Assembly (NCBI RefSeq): GCF_048593235.1
Contig: NC_133619.1
Coordinates: forward strand, 71,562,454-71,626,453
Direction: 5' to 3'
Source of the DNA: Sminthopsis crassicaudata
Taxonomy: Eukaryota
DNA: 64,000 nt
The stretch's first letter is position 1. Each line of letters begins with the position of its first letter. A program made the position numbers and the translations under genes. A model generated the notes under the pieces. That model was not told the origin of the DNA and made no database searches. It saw nothing but the letters and a program-made list of their open reading frames with translations. Positions 25,561 through 38,348 of this stretch are shown here, one piece after another.

Positions 25561-27339
25561 TATGCACAGCATTTAAGAATGTCTATAGGACATCCCAGTA
25601 GGGATGTTCGTAATATGGGACTAGCATTCAGGGATGAGATTATATTTAAAAAGTATCTAGATAGGAATGTTTATTAAGTCCACTGGGCCTGACAAGATTA
25701 CCAAGGAAAAAAATATAGAAAGTTAAGAAAATATAGGATAGAAGCCTGGGGTAGAGCTATGGTTAATGGATGGGAAAAGCTAGAAATGCTTCAATTATAT
25801 CTTAGATGAAATACTGTATGCATGTCACCTTTGTACCAACCCAATTAAGTACAGTAAAAATTCTCATTGTAAGATTGGTGGCCAAATAATAAATATTTCA
25901 ACTGCAGAAGTACGTGAGGAGCCTCAACTCGTGTGTATAAAAGTTATAATTGATCTAGAATAGAATTAGAAAGAACCACACTAATAAAATTATGGATCCT
26001 TGTAGTACACATGATCAAGTAGAAAAATAAAACCTTAATATTTTACTTGAAAAATATTGACCTCTACTATTCCATGTTTTATGTCTCTTTGATATAGTGT
26101 TATTTTTTGTTGTAGACAAATTATGTGACAGCTAAAATAAATATTTAGATTCATAAAGCTGAAATTAGCATAAACTATATAGAAGAAAAGTTCTAGAAAT
26201 ATGGGATGAATTTTCTAAGAAAAACCACCAAGGTCTTTCTTTCAGGATTAAGATCTTGGGGAGGAGGCAGAGAATGAAGAATCTTCTCTTATCTATAAAT
26301 ATTTTATGCACAAGTGTAGAAATTATTCCCCATCCTGTTCTGTCTTCCAAAAACTCCTCAATTTATCCACCCTTCCTAAATTATGCTACCCACCCAGATA
26401 TTAAGCCAGTACTCCAGTTATGACTTGCTTGGGGTTGAGATCAATAGGCCTCTCAGATATTTGTTGTCTTGATGTAATTCAAAGGTTTTTTTGGGGAAAA
26501 TCTCATTGTAGCTACTTATAGTATCAATTGCAACAAGTTAAGAGTATATCTTAACTAAGCATTCTAGTTTTCCCTCAACATCCCTTTATAGATCTGGGAG
26601 CTACATTTCCCAAACATATATTGAACTTATTTATATTTAAGAAGGTTAGAAAAAAAGTCAGATAAATTCCCTTATGGGCTTAATTTTAACTTGTCAGTTA
26701 AGTTTCTTATACTTTTAGTGTGCTTCCTTAGTGACTTTCCCCATGCCAGTAAATATATTGCTGGAGAAATATTGTTGACATAAGACCCCAACTCCCTCAG
26801 CTAATATCTGCCACAATGCTCTAAATACAGGGATGCTTGACTTCATGTATCTGTCTCTCTAAGATGACAGTTAAAAGTTACCATGTTGTTTTGAGATGGG
26901 ATCATGGTGAGAACATGAAAAAAATTGTTTATTTCCTCTCATTTTTTATATAATACTAAATCTAGTTTCAGATATAGTAGAGAAGATATATTCTTCAATA
27001 CTTCTGTGAGCTATTATTTCATCAGTGTGGATAACCTTTCCAGTATACAGATTGCAATACAATACCTCCATGCCTGAACACACAGTTTAATGAGTTTCTA
27101 TAATTCCTCCTTGGTCTCCAAATTGATGACCAATGTTCTATTGGTCTATCTTTGACTGATAGAGTTGTCAAGGGATGGATTTAGGATTTGAATCCAATTC
27201 TTCCGCTACTAAGACCAAAACATTTTCTACTATGCCTCAATCATGAGTCATGCAGTAAGGAAGATTATATGTATATTCTATTTCTGTAAGCATTCAAGGC
27301 ATTTGAATGATATATAAGGTAGCTGGACTAGACTCATAA

Positions 27340-27512
27340 TTTCATTTGTGTGGGGAACTCCTTCAAGAAATCTCCTTTACCAATATGGTTTTGTATACTG
27401 TCCTGGAATACTGAAAGATTAAGTGATTTTTCTAAAAATCACATAACCAGGAGAGGGTGGAAGTTGAACTCAAACCTTCTTGACTTCAAGAAGATTGTGC
27501 TATCCACTACAC
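27340..27512 (-). mobile_element. Marsupial MIR-related SINE (WallSI/Mar3-like); a sister copy lies at about 27020-27240
   Basis: ggaactcc...accaat...gattaagtgatttt...ttgaactcaaaccttcttgacttcaag...ctatccactacac. Confidence 0.6.
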
Positions 27513-28046
27513 CAATAGTTTTCAAACTCTTCTGTGTCAAGACTCCTTTGTATTCTTAAAAATTATTTATGATCCCAAAGGAAATATTTTGTTTATACTG
27601 GCTACAAAGATTTCAAAATTTACTAAATTGGAAATTAAAATTAAAAATTTTCAGTAAAATACATTGCAAATAGTTATCAATTTATTAAAAACATAATATA
27701 GCCATTACCTGTTATAGAAGATAAATATTGGTTATGATAAATAGCTATATCTTCCCAAATTTAAAAAAAAATTGAGGACATTATCATTGTTTTACAGATT
27801 GTACAAATTCTGCTAACATTTGACTTAATAGAAAATGATTAGATTCTCATATCTTTGTAATATGTTTTTTTCACTTAAAGTATGTGAAGAAAATTCAGCT
27901 TTACACATATATGTAGTTGGAAAAGGAAAGGAATTTCTTAGGCAAACAACTTAGTATTATTATTATTAAAATAATTTTTTTATTTTCACAGATCTCCTAA
28001 AAGGACCTCAAAAATCTCAGGTTTTCAAATACTCTGAAAACTTCTG
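27513..28046. mobile_element. hAT-Charlie non-autonomous DNA transposon (Charlie4-like MITE)
   Basis: TIRs caatagttttca / tgaaaacttctg; 8-bp TSD cactacac / cactaaac (7 of 8); interior resembles recalled Charlie4-type consensus. Confidence 0.85.
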
Positions 28047-31000
28047 CACTAAACCACATTTCTCCTTTTCCTCCTCTCTCTCTTCTTTCTTTTATCTTCC
28101 TCTCTCCAACCCCCACCATAACAGTTTTAGTTTCCATGAAATTTGCCCCCAAATAACATGCTTCCTAATTTCATTTGGCATTGTTTCAATTATTCAAATG
28201 AAATGATGGGACAAAAATCTGATTACTTCTATAAACAAAAGGATGACCACATTCATTCATCCACCCCATCCAAATAGTTTCTCAATTGGATGGATAGTCA
28301 TAATGAAGTAGATATCCAAATCATAGAAATTCTCTCAGAGCGTAAACTTTAATAATATTGAATAACATATGATTGGTGAGCAAGCCATATACTGCAGACA
28401 ATTTAAAACAAATATAATTTATAAGTTAGTGACCCTAAAATGGATCTTTATAATGTAAAGCACAAAATTCTGTTTCTGTTGTCTTGAATGTGATAATCAC
28501 TTGCTTTACAAATAAATGCTCAAATACAGAGCACTCCTTTTCAATCTCTAACCACACTGCACCCCCCCAAAAAAAGTGATGTAGATGGGTTGAAGTTTTT
28601 GAATAGCCTTCAAAAAGAGCCACTTGTATTGGATTTCATTGATATCATTATTGGAGACATAGGCACATATTAAAAGGGAGAAGTATCAGTAATAATAATA
28701 ATAAACAGCAACAACAAAAATTAAAAAAACAAACAAACAAACAAACAAAAAACCTTGTTATCAATGAGGGAGAGGAAGAAAAAAATTACATTTAACCATA
28801 AGGGGGGAAAAAATTGTCCACATTTTCTCCTTGAATGATCTATAGCTACTCAGAAACTGGAAATACTTCATGCTGTAACTTTCATCAAAGATTATATTTC
28901 CTCCTATCCCTTCTTTTGCTCTCTTCCTCCTTCCCCACCTTTTTTTCCTTTCCCCTTTCTCATTCCCTTCTTTCCTCTATAAAGTGTTCTATAAGCAAAT
29001 TTGTGATTGTGATTCTCAAGAGATGTATTCAACCCCCCACTTACTGGGAACACATGTTCACGATATTTGCAAGCATCTAAATTGAGAAGCTTCTGCAGGC
29101 ATTTTTACTCTCATGGAAAGATGGATTTTAGTCAGTTAGCTACAGAAAGCAGCTCAGCAGTGCTGCCACCTACTGCCCAAAGCTCTTGTGAAGGCTATCA
29201 GGATTTCCCTTTTTCTTTCCCTGAGCACAGGATTTAAAGATTTGAATACTTGATTTTATGCAGTCCAAATAACAACTTGATTGGATGGGCTATAGAAATA
29301 ACTTCCCTAGCCAGCTGGTAGGAAATCGTTAGGATATGGCCGTTGGGGAATTACGGCCTGATTGCAGGCAATAGTGGAAGGATTGCATTACCTAATTCTG
29401 AATTTAGTGTTTTACATGAAAGCTCTCTTTGGGGATGCAAGTAGAATGGGGAATGGGAGGAAACCTCCCCATGGAATTCCACATTGATATCAAATAGCAA
29501 TTTCAGGTATATTGTGTTGTGAAATTTACAGTGACAGGTTAGACACAAGAATTAATATATGACAGTACATTAAGATACTAAAAGAGGAGTTGGAAGAATG
29601 TGACTGTGAATAGAACATATTTTTTGTGACTATAAACAGAGAAAGATCAATGGCTTATGCAGAAAAAAAATAGCTCTTTGAATTAAAAAGAGAATATTTT
29701 TTTCCCTTCAAGGAAATTCTTTTATAACTATCCAGCAGATACTGAAAGCATTCCCCATTCTCCATCCTGCCTATCAAGTGACTTAAACAAGTGAGGAAAG
29801 CAGAGCAGCCTGCCTGGCTGAATCTGACAAGCCAAATGAGAGTTGGCCACAGTATTTGTTTGCCTAATAGGAAAAGTGATTACCTTCTCTTGTTATCCCA
29901 AGAAGGCTAATGGAGCCCTCATGGGCCTTCATAGCCAGACAGGAAACAACATCAATTTCAATGATCACAATTAAAACAGGAGGTAGGCGAGTGATAAATT
30001 CCAAATGAAACTAATAATCCCTTCACTGACATTGTTGACTTTCTCTTGTGGTATATATTTTTAAATTGTTCCTCATTTTAAATTACGCAGGGCTCCAAAG
30101 AGATATTGAATACCCCAGGGAGGAAAGGATAAATACATCGCTTCTTAGAAGAATAATGTTAAAAGTCTCTCTTAATCACAGAATTGGGTGTCTAATTTTC
30201 CGAATACTAGTTTTTAAAAAGTTCCCTCAGAGGTATGGAACATTAAGTGCAAAAATACTTGGATTTAGGCTCAAATAGGTTTTCAACTTCATCATTTTAA
30301 ATGTAACTATGGGATTCCACCATTTGAAGCCTTCTAAGCCTCCATTCATAAACTCACAGAAATAAATGTGTGTGCCACAGTAAATGTTGTTTTGGAAAGG
30401 GAATTTTTTTAAAAGTCCTTTCCCAAATGCATGTGATAATTATTTTAAAAAGAAGACATAACAATGCCACTAGAGCAAAGTGGTCCTATGCACAAAATTC
30501 AAAAACTGCTTGAAAATATCCCATCACAGGTGAAAATGGATCCAGGTTTAGGGAAACAATCTTAGAGAAGCATTGTGATAGATAGAGAGAGAGGGGTCCC
30601 AGAGTTATGGCACTGTAAATGTAGCTACTCCCACCCACATCACACCCCAAGGAGCAGAGCTCTAACTAATAATTATTTTTATGCTTGGTACATATTTAAT
30701 CATGTCCCCCTCCACATGGTGAGGATTATTTATCTCAAGTATAGTTAGTCATACCAAAAGATGGGGTGACTTGTTCCTTAGAATGAAGATCCTAAGAGCC
30801 ATTGGAATGCCGTTGTATGATTGACCCTTTAAAATGGGATTTGACAAGTGGCAGACTAAGACCCAAAACAGAAGTGGCATTGTAATGGTACTGTGGGCTG
30901 TGCCCTTATTCTGAGAGGGACTGCAGAGGGGTCTGGTTAGAAGATCTCTTTAGAAAAAGAGTATTTCCCCATCCCTAGCCCTGATCCCCCAGATAGTGAT

Positions 31001-31382
31001 GCCCTAGGGAAAAACCTCTATCAGTTCATACTAGTGACAGTTCTGCCAAGGAAGTTAACTAGGGCCTTTGAAAATTTAACCAGAGCTTATTGACCTATTT
31101 CTCAAAGTATAGATGGAGTGTCTTATAGTGGCTGAATTAATGGATTTGGAATCAGGAGACTTTGTGACCTCTGTTACCCATGGATTGCTTCTCTCTGGGC
31201 CTTGATAGATGGAGAGGGAGATAGAGAGGGGGAGGGAGAGGAAGAAGAAGAGGCAGAAGTAAAGGGAAGAAGGGAGACATAGATAGAGAGATACATAAAA
31301 AGATATCTATTATAAATAGATAAAAAGATATTCATATATAGATATCATCTGTCTATATAAACTGAGAGAAGGAAGATTATAT

Positions 31383-31577
31383 CAATGCTTTTTAAACTGT
31401 GTGTCATGACACCATACGGGGTCTTGTGATTTAAAGTGGGAGTCATGAAATTATAGTTTATTATCAGCAAATATCTGATTTATATACCTATTTTATATGC
31501 CTATATATCTGGGGGCACATAAAAATTCTCAGCCAAAAAGGGGTTGAGAGTAGAAAAAAAAAGTTTGAGAAGACTTG
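31383..31577. mobile_element. Short hAT-Charlie MITE
   Basis: TIRs caatgctttttaaact / agtttgagaagacttg; degenerate 8-bp flanks gattatat / ggctagat. Confidence 0.7.
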
Positions 31578-31634
31578 GGCTAGATGCCCTCCAAGAACTT
31601 ATTTGTTTTCTCTGCTTGCATATATAATCACATT

Positions 31635-31838
31635 GGGAGCAGCTAGGTGGCTTAGTGGATAGAATGCTGGGCCTGGAGTCAGGAAGACCTGGATACTTAA
31701 TAATGATGTGACCCTGAACAAGTCACTTAACGCTGTTATCTGGAGAAGGAAATGGCAAACCAGTCCAGTAGTTCTGCCAAGAAAACCCTAAATTAGGTCA
31801 GGAAGAGTTGGACATGATTTAAAAATGATTGAATAAAA
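31635..31838 (+). mobile_element. MAR1-type SINE
   Basis: gggagcagctaggtggcttagtggatag...ggagaaggaaatggcaaacc...gagttggacatga. Confidence 0.85.
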
Positions 31839-33986
31839 TCTAACACAATGCTCTGGATATAGCAGACACTTAATAAGCATCTGTTCAATGGAATTCAACA
31901 ATTAGCCAAAATTGATATGAGATTTTCAAAGTTCAATAGTGTTTCTAGTCAGTTTGCTCTAAGCAATGCTATTATATTGTGTGAAATGGGATGCACAGGT
32001 ACATTAAGGCAGGTAAACAACTCTCTGGAAAACAGAGAATGAACAGATGGTTTAGTTACCATAGACACATTTTTAATGTTGGCTGATAGAGAATAAAATG
32101 TTCCCACTGTCTTGGGAGCCATGTCCATTCCTAGGCTATATGCAAGTGAATGTTATAATGTCAGTGATTTTTCCTGGTCTTCAGTGTTGTAATACTATGT
32201 CCTGGGTGTGCTTATAGAAAAGAGTTTGGATTCTTTTTTTTTTTTTTTTTTTTAATCTTTAGTGCTGGCTGCTTATTTTTGTGCATCTTCACCTGGAAAT
32301 TAAAATCCATGTAGAGCAAAATACAATGAAAGAGAAAATGGGTAGGAGAACCTATCCCTATTAGTATTATTTAATTGGAAAATGGCTTAAAATTTTACTT
32401 TCAGTTATTTTTTTAAATCATTAGCAAGATATTAGGAAAATAATATAGTAAAGTTGTTGTAAACTTAGAAAAAATGTTAAGGGCTCTAAACACACAGTAA
32501 AATTTAATAAAATAAAATTTCAGATTCTAGGGAGTAGGAAGAAAATAAATGCCTCAGACTCAAGCTCTTATATTTTGATTCACCTGCCACTAAAATGTTG
32601 ATCATTTGTGACGCAGTATTGGAGAGTAGTAAGTACTGCACTTAGAATCAACAGAAATCTTGTTTTGATTATGGGACACTTGGTAAGATATTTAATGTGA
32701 CTAAATTTATTCATCTATAAAATAAAGATAAAAGTGTCTGTTAAAGATAAAAGTGTGATGTTCAAGTGGGATAATGTATATAACATGATGTTTAAACATT
32801 TCATAATGTTATTGTCATTCTCAGTGAGTAATGAAGAACAGTAGTGATTTCATGCCCCGTGTTTTATATTGAAAAATTGTCCTCTAGTCTTGTGGCCAAG
32901 CAATACTCCCTCCTTTTCTTGTCAGAGGAAGGAGACAATTGAATTGTTTGTCTATTCACTACTGGCAACATTGCCTGGCACCTTGAATGAACAGGTATAC
33001 ATATCAATTAATATCCTTATTTGACAGTTAGTCATTGGGGAGCTGTGCTACAAATCTTTTCATGACAATTCAGGGTTCAGTAAATGGAGCTAAGAGATCA
33101 GGTATAAGCTTTTAATGTAGCTAACTCAGTCGATGGGATACAGACTGCTTAAAATATGCCTCAAGTTCCTTATCCTTGAAGAGATATAAAAATAGGAAAG
33201 TCAGGCAGAGATAGATTTAATCTGTATTTTGAAATTTTACATTTCTCAATCGACAGAAATGCCATATTGAATACAATGAATTGACATTCAATTCCACTTA
33301 ATATTATAAAAGAGCACTGGTTTAGGAATTGAAATTTCTTTAAAAGAAATATTTCCTATCTTCAAAGAGCTTACATAGTAAAGGAAGTTACAACAAATAC
33401 ATGGTTAAATGTTACATAAAACAGGAAAGGATGGATTCTAGGAAAATTGAAGAAAGCAGAAGACATAAACTAGGAAGATTAGGGAAGACTTGAAAAAGGA
33501 TCTAACAACTGAGCAGAGACTCAAACGAAGAGAAAAGGGAATTCCAGGTATAGAGTACCAGACAGCTCTTCCAGTACAAGAACAGTTAGCTGTTCAGTTT
33601 GGCTAGAATATAGAATATAAGAAAGGGAACAACATGAAATAAGAATGGAAAGACAGGGGCCAGATTGTGGAAGCATATTGGAACACAAAATAAATGGTTG
33701 ATATAAAATTTAACTTGTATTATTTCCTCAACGTATATCACTATCTACTAATAAAATCTGTAGATGCCGTTATTTTCTTCTCTATATTAAAAAGCTAACT
33801 TCCATCACATGATACCAGGTTCTTTCCAAAGAATTCTCTGAATACATTTCTCTGAGCAGTTTTATGAACAATACTAAATCAATATAGATAAGATGGTAAA
33901 GAATCCCTAAAGACCCTATCACAAGGTTGGATATCTATAGTCACTTTCTAGATATTAGCCATGTGGAGCAATAGAAAAAGTGGATA

Positions 33987-34228
33987 GTATCATGTAGCTA
34001 AGTGACACAGAGAATAGAGTACAGGGCATGGAGTCAGAATGATTCATCTTGCTGAGTTTAAATCTGGCCTCAGATACTTACTAGCTGGGTGATCCTCAGC
34101 AAGTCACTTAATTCTGCCTCACTTTCCTCATCTGTACATTGAGCTGAAGAAGTCAATGACAAATCCCTCCAGTATCTCTGCTTAAAAAACTCCAAATGGA
34201 GTCACTAACAGTTGGACATAACTGAAAA
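33987..34228 (+). mobile_element. MAR1-type SINE
   Basis: ggagtcagaatgattcatcttgctgagtt...gcaagtcacttaa...ccagtatctctgc...gttggacataactgaaaat. Confidence 0.8.
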
Positions 34229-36639
34229 TTATCTAAGGACTTCCTTTGTATATGCAAATTGACTTGTAAAGACAAAAAAAATTAGAATTTAGCTTTCAAG
34301 ATCACTCTATCAACAAGTTACCTTAAAAAAAGGCAAGAAATAAAGTTTAAGTATTTTAATTTAAAATTATTATATGAATTATATGATATAGTAGATGTGA
34401 AAGCAAGTTGAGAACTCTAATGAATCTGAATTCAAGAGATTTCCTCTGACATCTTGACTATGTGAAAGTCATTTTACTTCTCTTTGCTCTAAGTCTAATA
34501 GTCACTGATGTGTATTGTCTGATGGATAAGATATCTTATCAAACATCTGGCAAAGAAAAAATTAATTTCCATACATAACAGCAATTTTAGGGATAAGAGA
34601 GGATTTTCATATAAGGTAATCGTATTGTATATACTATTGCTGTTTATCCTTCATTGTTGATGAGACCAATGACAGCATGAATGTGTTGTTTTGAGTGTGA
34701 TGTTTTGACTTGCATTTGCATTAGATTTTTTTTCTTATTTATTTTTAAAAAAAATATTTTATCTGAAAAAAAAGAATAAGAAAAAAAAGAAAAACAGAAA
34801 GGAATACAAAATAAAATAAAGCAAACAAAAGAGAACATTGTCATGTGCCCAACAGAATATTTTTCCATAGACATGGCATCCCACTTGCTCACTTTAATCT
34901 CTGAATATGCTCATTCCTGGGTCAAGAATGGACTTCCGTCTTAGTTGTTATAAAAGCTTGGAAAATAATTTGAAATCTTGTTTTCTGTCTTAAAGTTGGA
35001 AGTCATAAGACTAAGTTCTTACTTTATTCAAACTTTTATCAACTCTGTCCCATACTCTGGTGAGGATAGCTGAGTAATTATTTTTTTCTTTTTTCAAAGA
35101 GGAAGAAGGAGTTATACACTGGAGTGGATCTGGAATTTTATAGTTTCTTTTCTGCTGAAGATATCGGCTCACATTAAATTTTTATCCATATTTATATATT
35201 ATATAGATAAAACTGACTATGCAGATAATGTGATTATAGAACAAAAATACATGTATCATCTGTAAAGATTTATGTATCCTCAATTGGTATCATGTTCCGT
35301 GATCTAATCAATGATATATTTTCAATTATAAAGTGATTATTTTAAGGACAAAGTAATCTTTAGGAAACAGTGGCTTGTGCAGGGGCTATGCATAGTAGAT
35401 GGAGTTTAACAAAAGGAAATGGAGGCAGAAAAGGAGAGTGAAATAAACACATATGCATACAAATGTATATATATATATATATATATACACATACATATGC
35501 GTGTATTGTGTAGACAAACAGATGGGATAGGCCGAGGAAGAAAGGAGGGAAGGAGAGGAGAAGTATGGTATAGTATATTGAACAGTGGACTCAAAGTTAA
35601 AGAAAGGTTCAGAGTTAAAGTAACAGCTTTTATCATTTACTAGTTTGAAGGCATTAGCAAATCAGAAGACTTTGGGACCCTAACTTCCTTGTCTGTAAAA
35701 TAAGAGCAACTCTTAACAAATATTCTTCAAAGAATGGCACAGGATATCTTTTATAAATTGTAAAGGTTAGCTATTCTTATTACCTGAGTTCATTAGAATT
35801 TGTTCTGTTAAATCCATTAGATCACAAAATTTTTTTCTCCTATGATGATGTTGCTAATGAAGTTTTTTCTAACTGTTCTAATTTCTACCAAACTAATTTC
35901 CAGCCCTTGACTTCATTTTTAATTTTAAATAGTAGTCAAACTTGAAGATTGACAATTACATAATGTTGCCTATAACTGTGTTCTGAGTTATGTTTTAAAT
36001 TATTCCTACAGATTAAATGTGACATGACTTTTTCCTCTTTTGTACTCTTTTGTATTTCAAGATAATTATCCCTAGAAATATTATGAATCAATTCCAGTTC
36101 ATCAAAACTTGTGATTTTGACTTTATCATAAAATATATACACATATGTCTACTGTATCCTGCATCTACAGACATTCAACTCAGATGCAAAATCTAACATT
36201 CAATAAATGTTATTTAAGGGTTTACTGGATGTTAAACAGAAGTTCCTCTTTAAATTATATGGGTTATTTGTTGAAGTGAGAATATCTAGTATGAACACTG
36301 GTTAATTAGTTCAATACAATATACTTTGTATACTTCCACTATCCAGGCATTGCAAATCCTCAGTGCTGGGTCATCCCCAATATCCCTACATATCTCTCAG
36401 AACTTTTTTGTGAAAGATAGACAGACAGAGCTGGCTTTAGAGTCAATAATACTTGAGTGTTCAGACTTATTAATTATGTGACCCGAGGCAAGCCATCAAA
36501 CTTTTCTTGATTTCCCAGCCTTAAAATGGGAACAATAATATCAACTAGCTCCCAGACTTTTTTGAGTACCAAAATGAGATAATGTATATAAAGTACTTTA
36601 CAAAACTATATATATTATATAAATGTTAACTATTATTTT

Positions 36640-37830
36640 TGCTAATTTCTATTCTCAATGTACTGAATGGTGATGGAGTAAGTCATGACTGAGTTCAGTA
36701 CAAATTCATGTCAGCTAATTTCATCTGGGTTTTCTAAGCCTCATGGCTATTTGTCTTCATTTATAATGATCTATTATACCCCAAAGCAACTTTTCCAAAT
36801 CTTTTCTCCAAACCCCAATGCTAACCCAACCCTGCTCTCAGGAGGTGACTGCCCCTTTCACGTTAGTAAGAAAATTGATGCCATCCATCATGAACTTCCT
36901 CATCTCCCTTACTCCACAATACAAGGAATGACTCTGCTTCTTGACCTGTACTTTCCTTCTTTGCCTTATTCTCAGAGGATTAAGGCTAGCTACTCCTGAT
37001 CCTATCCCCACTCTTGTATCTCTCAAAACATATTGATCATTTCTGCTCTCTCATCTTCAATCTATCCCTACACCTCTTCATTTGACTTTTCTATACTCCC
37101 AACCTCTGATCCTGAAATCTCATCTCACTTTTATTTCTAAATGAAAGTTTTCTCTATTATTATGTTTCTTCTTTATTCCTTTCTTCCACTTCACCTCCTT
37201 ACCTCTCCTTGGTCTCCCTTGCCTCCTCCCTGGAGATCACCTTTATGCAGATGACTTCTCAATCTAAGTATCTAGATCTAATCTCAATTCTCTAACCTTC
37301 ATTTGTCTTTTGGATATAATCACTTGGGATGTCCAAAGGCACTTAAAAACTAGACTGTCCAAAATTGACCCAAATAAACTCCTCTTTCAAACTTCTCAGC
37401 TTCTGGTTGTGGATTATGACTTGCATACATTCATACAAAATCATTTTCTATGCCTGGAATGTATTTCCTTATCTACTTCAGTATCTTTCCAGGATCCTCT
37501 TATAAAGAATCAGGTCATTTCAAAGGCCACATCTCTTAGAGCCTTTCTTTTTCCCTTGTCTGAGAATACCTAGTATGAATACTGGTTAATCAGTTCTGTA
37601 CAACACACTTCTGTACACTTGAGTTTGTTGTTTCCCTTATTTGTAAGTTCTTTCCCTCAAGTATTTTGGGTGTGGCATTTGCCTCCTATCATTGAACTTT
37701 GGCATGTATTATACTTTCATGCCAAATTCTGCCTGATAAATGTAAATTCATTGAAAAGAGAAACTGTTGCTGTTTTTATGTTTGTAACATCTAACAGTGC
37801 TTTCAATGTGAGTCACTTAGTATAAGTTGA
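36640..37830 (+). mobile_element. L2 ORF2/3' remnant
   Basis: ORF 36685-36999 contains KQLFQIFS...GDCPFHVSKKIDAIHHEL, a decayed L2 ORF2 motif; downstream pyrimidine-rich L2 body and 3' end. Confidence 0.75.
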
Positions 37831-38312
37831 TTTGACTTATTGGATCCAATTCATTGACTCAACTAGTATTATCTAAGAAATAAACCATAAAGTACCCTTT
37901 AAAAAGTTTTAGACATTTCACAGACATTCTCCATTTGTATGTCAGGTTTACTGTCATCTTTGCCAATTTGAAGGCAAGAACAGGTATCAAATATGATACA
38001 ATGTACTTTGCTCTTAGAAACAATTTGCTAAACTTATTGACTAAATATTTTAACTATCCAAATTTCTGATCTCACTGCCAGGTATGAGTAGCTATTTTAT
38101 GAGAAGATCAAATGGTATGGTAATAAAAGGAGGGAAAAGCAAATGCTCTAAGATATAGATAAGAATAGGCCCAGCTGATGTTGAGTTATTATAATTATTT
38201 TAATTATAATAATATATAATATATTTTAATTAATTTAATAATAACAAGAGAGACATAAAAAGAGAAACCTAACTGATATTCTGGTTCAACATTGAAATTG
38301 ATTATATATATA

Positions 38313-38348
<36 letters not shown>

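Noticed and set aside
29338-29358. GGCCGT/ACGGCC hairpin as a possible miRNA or structured RNA
   Set aside because: Only a 6-bp stem, far too short
36685-36999. 104-aa ORF as a novel gene
   Set aside because: Decayed L2 ORF2 fragment
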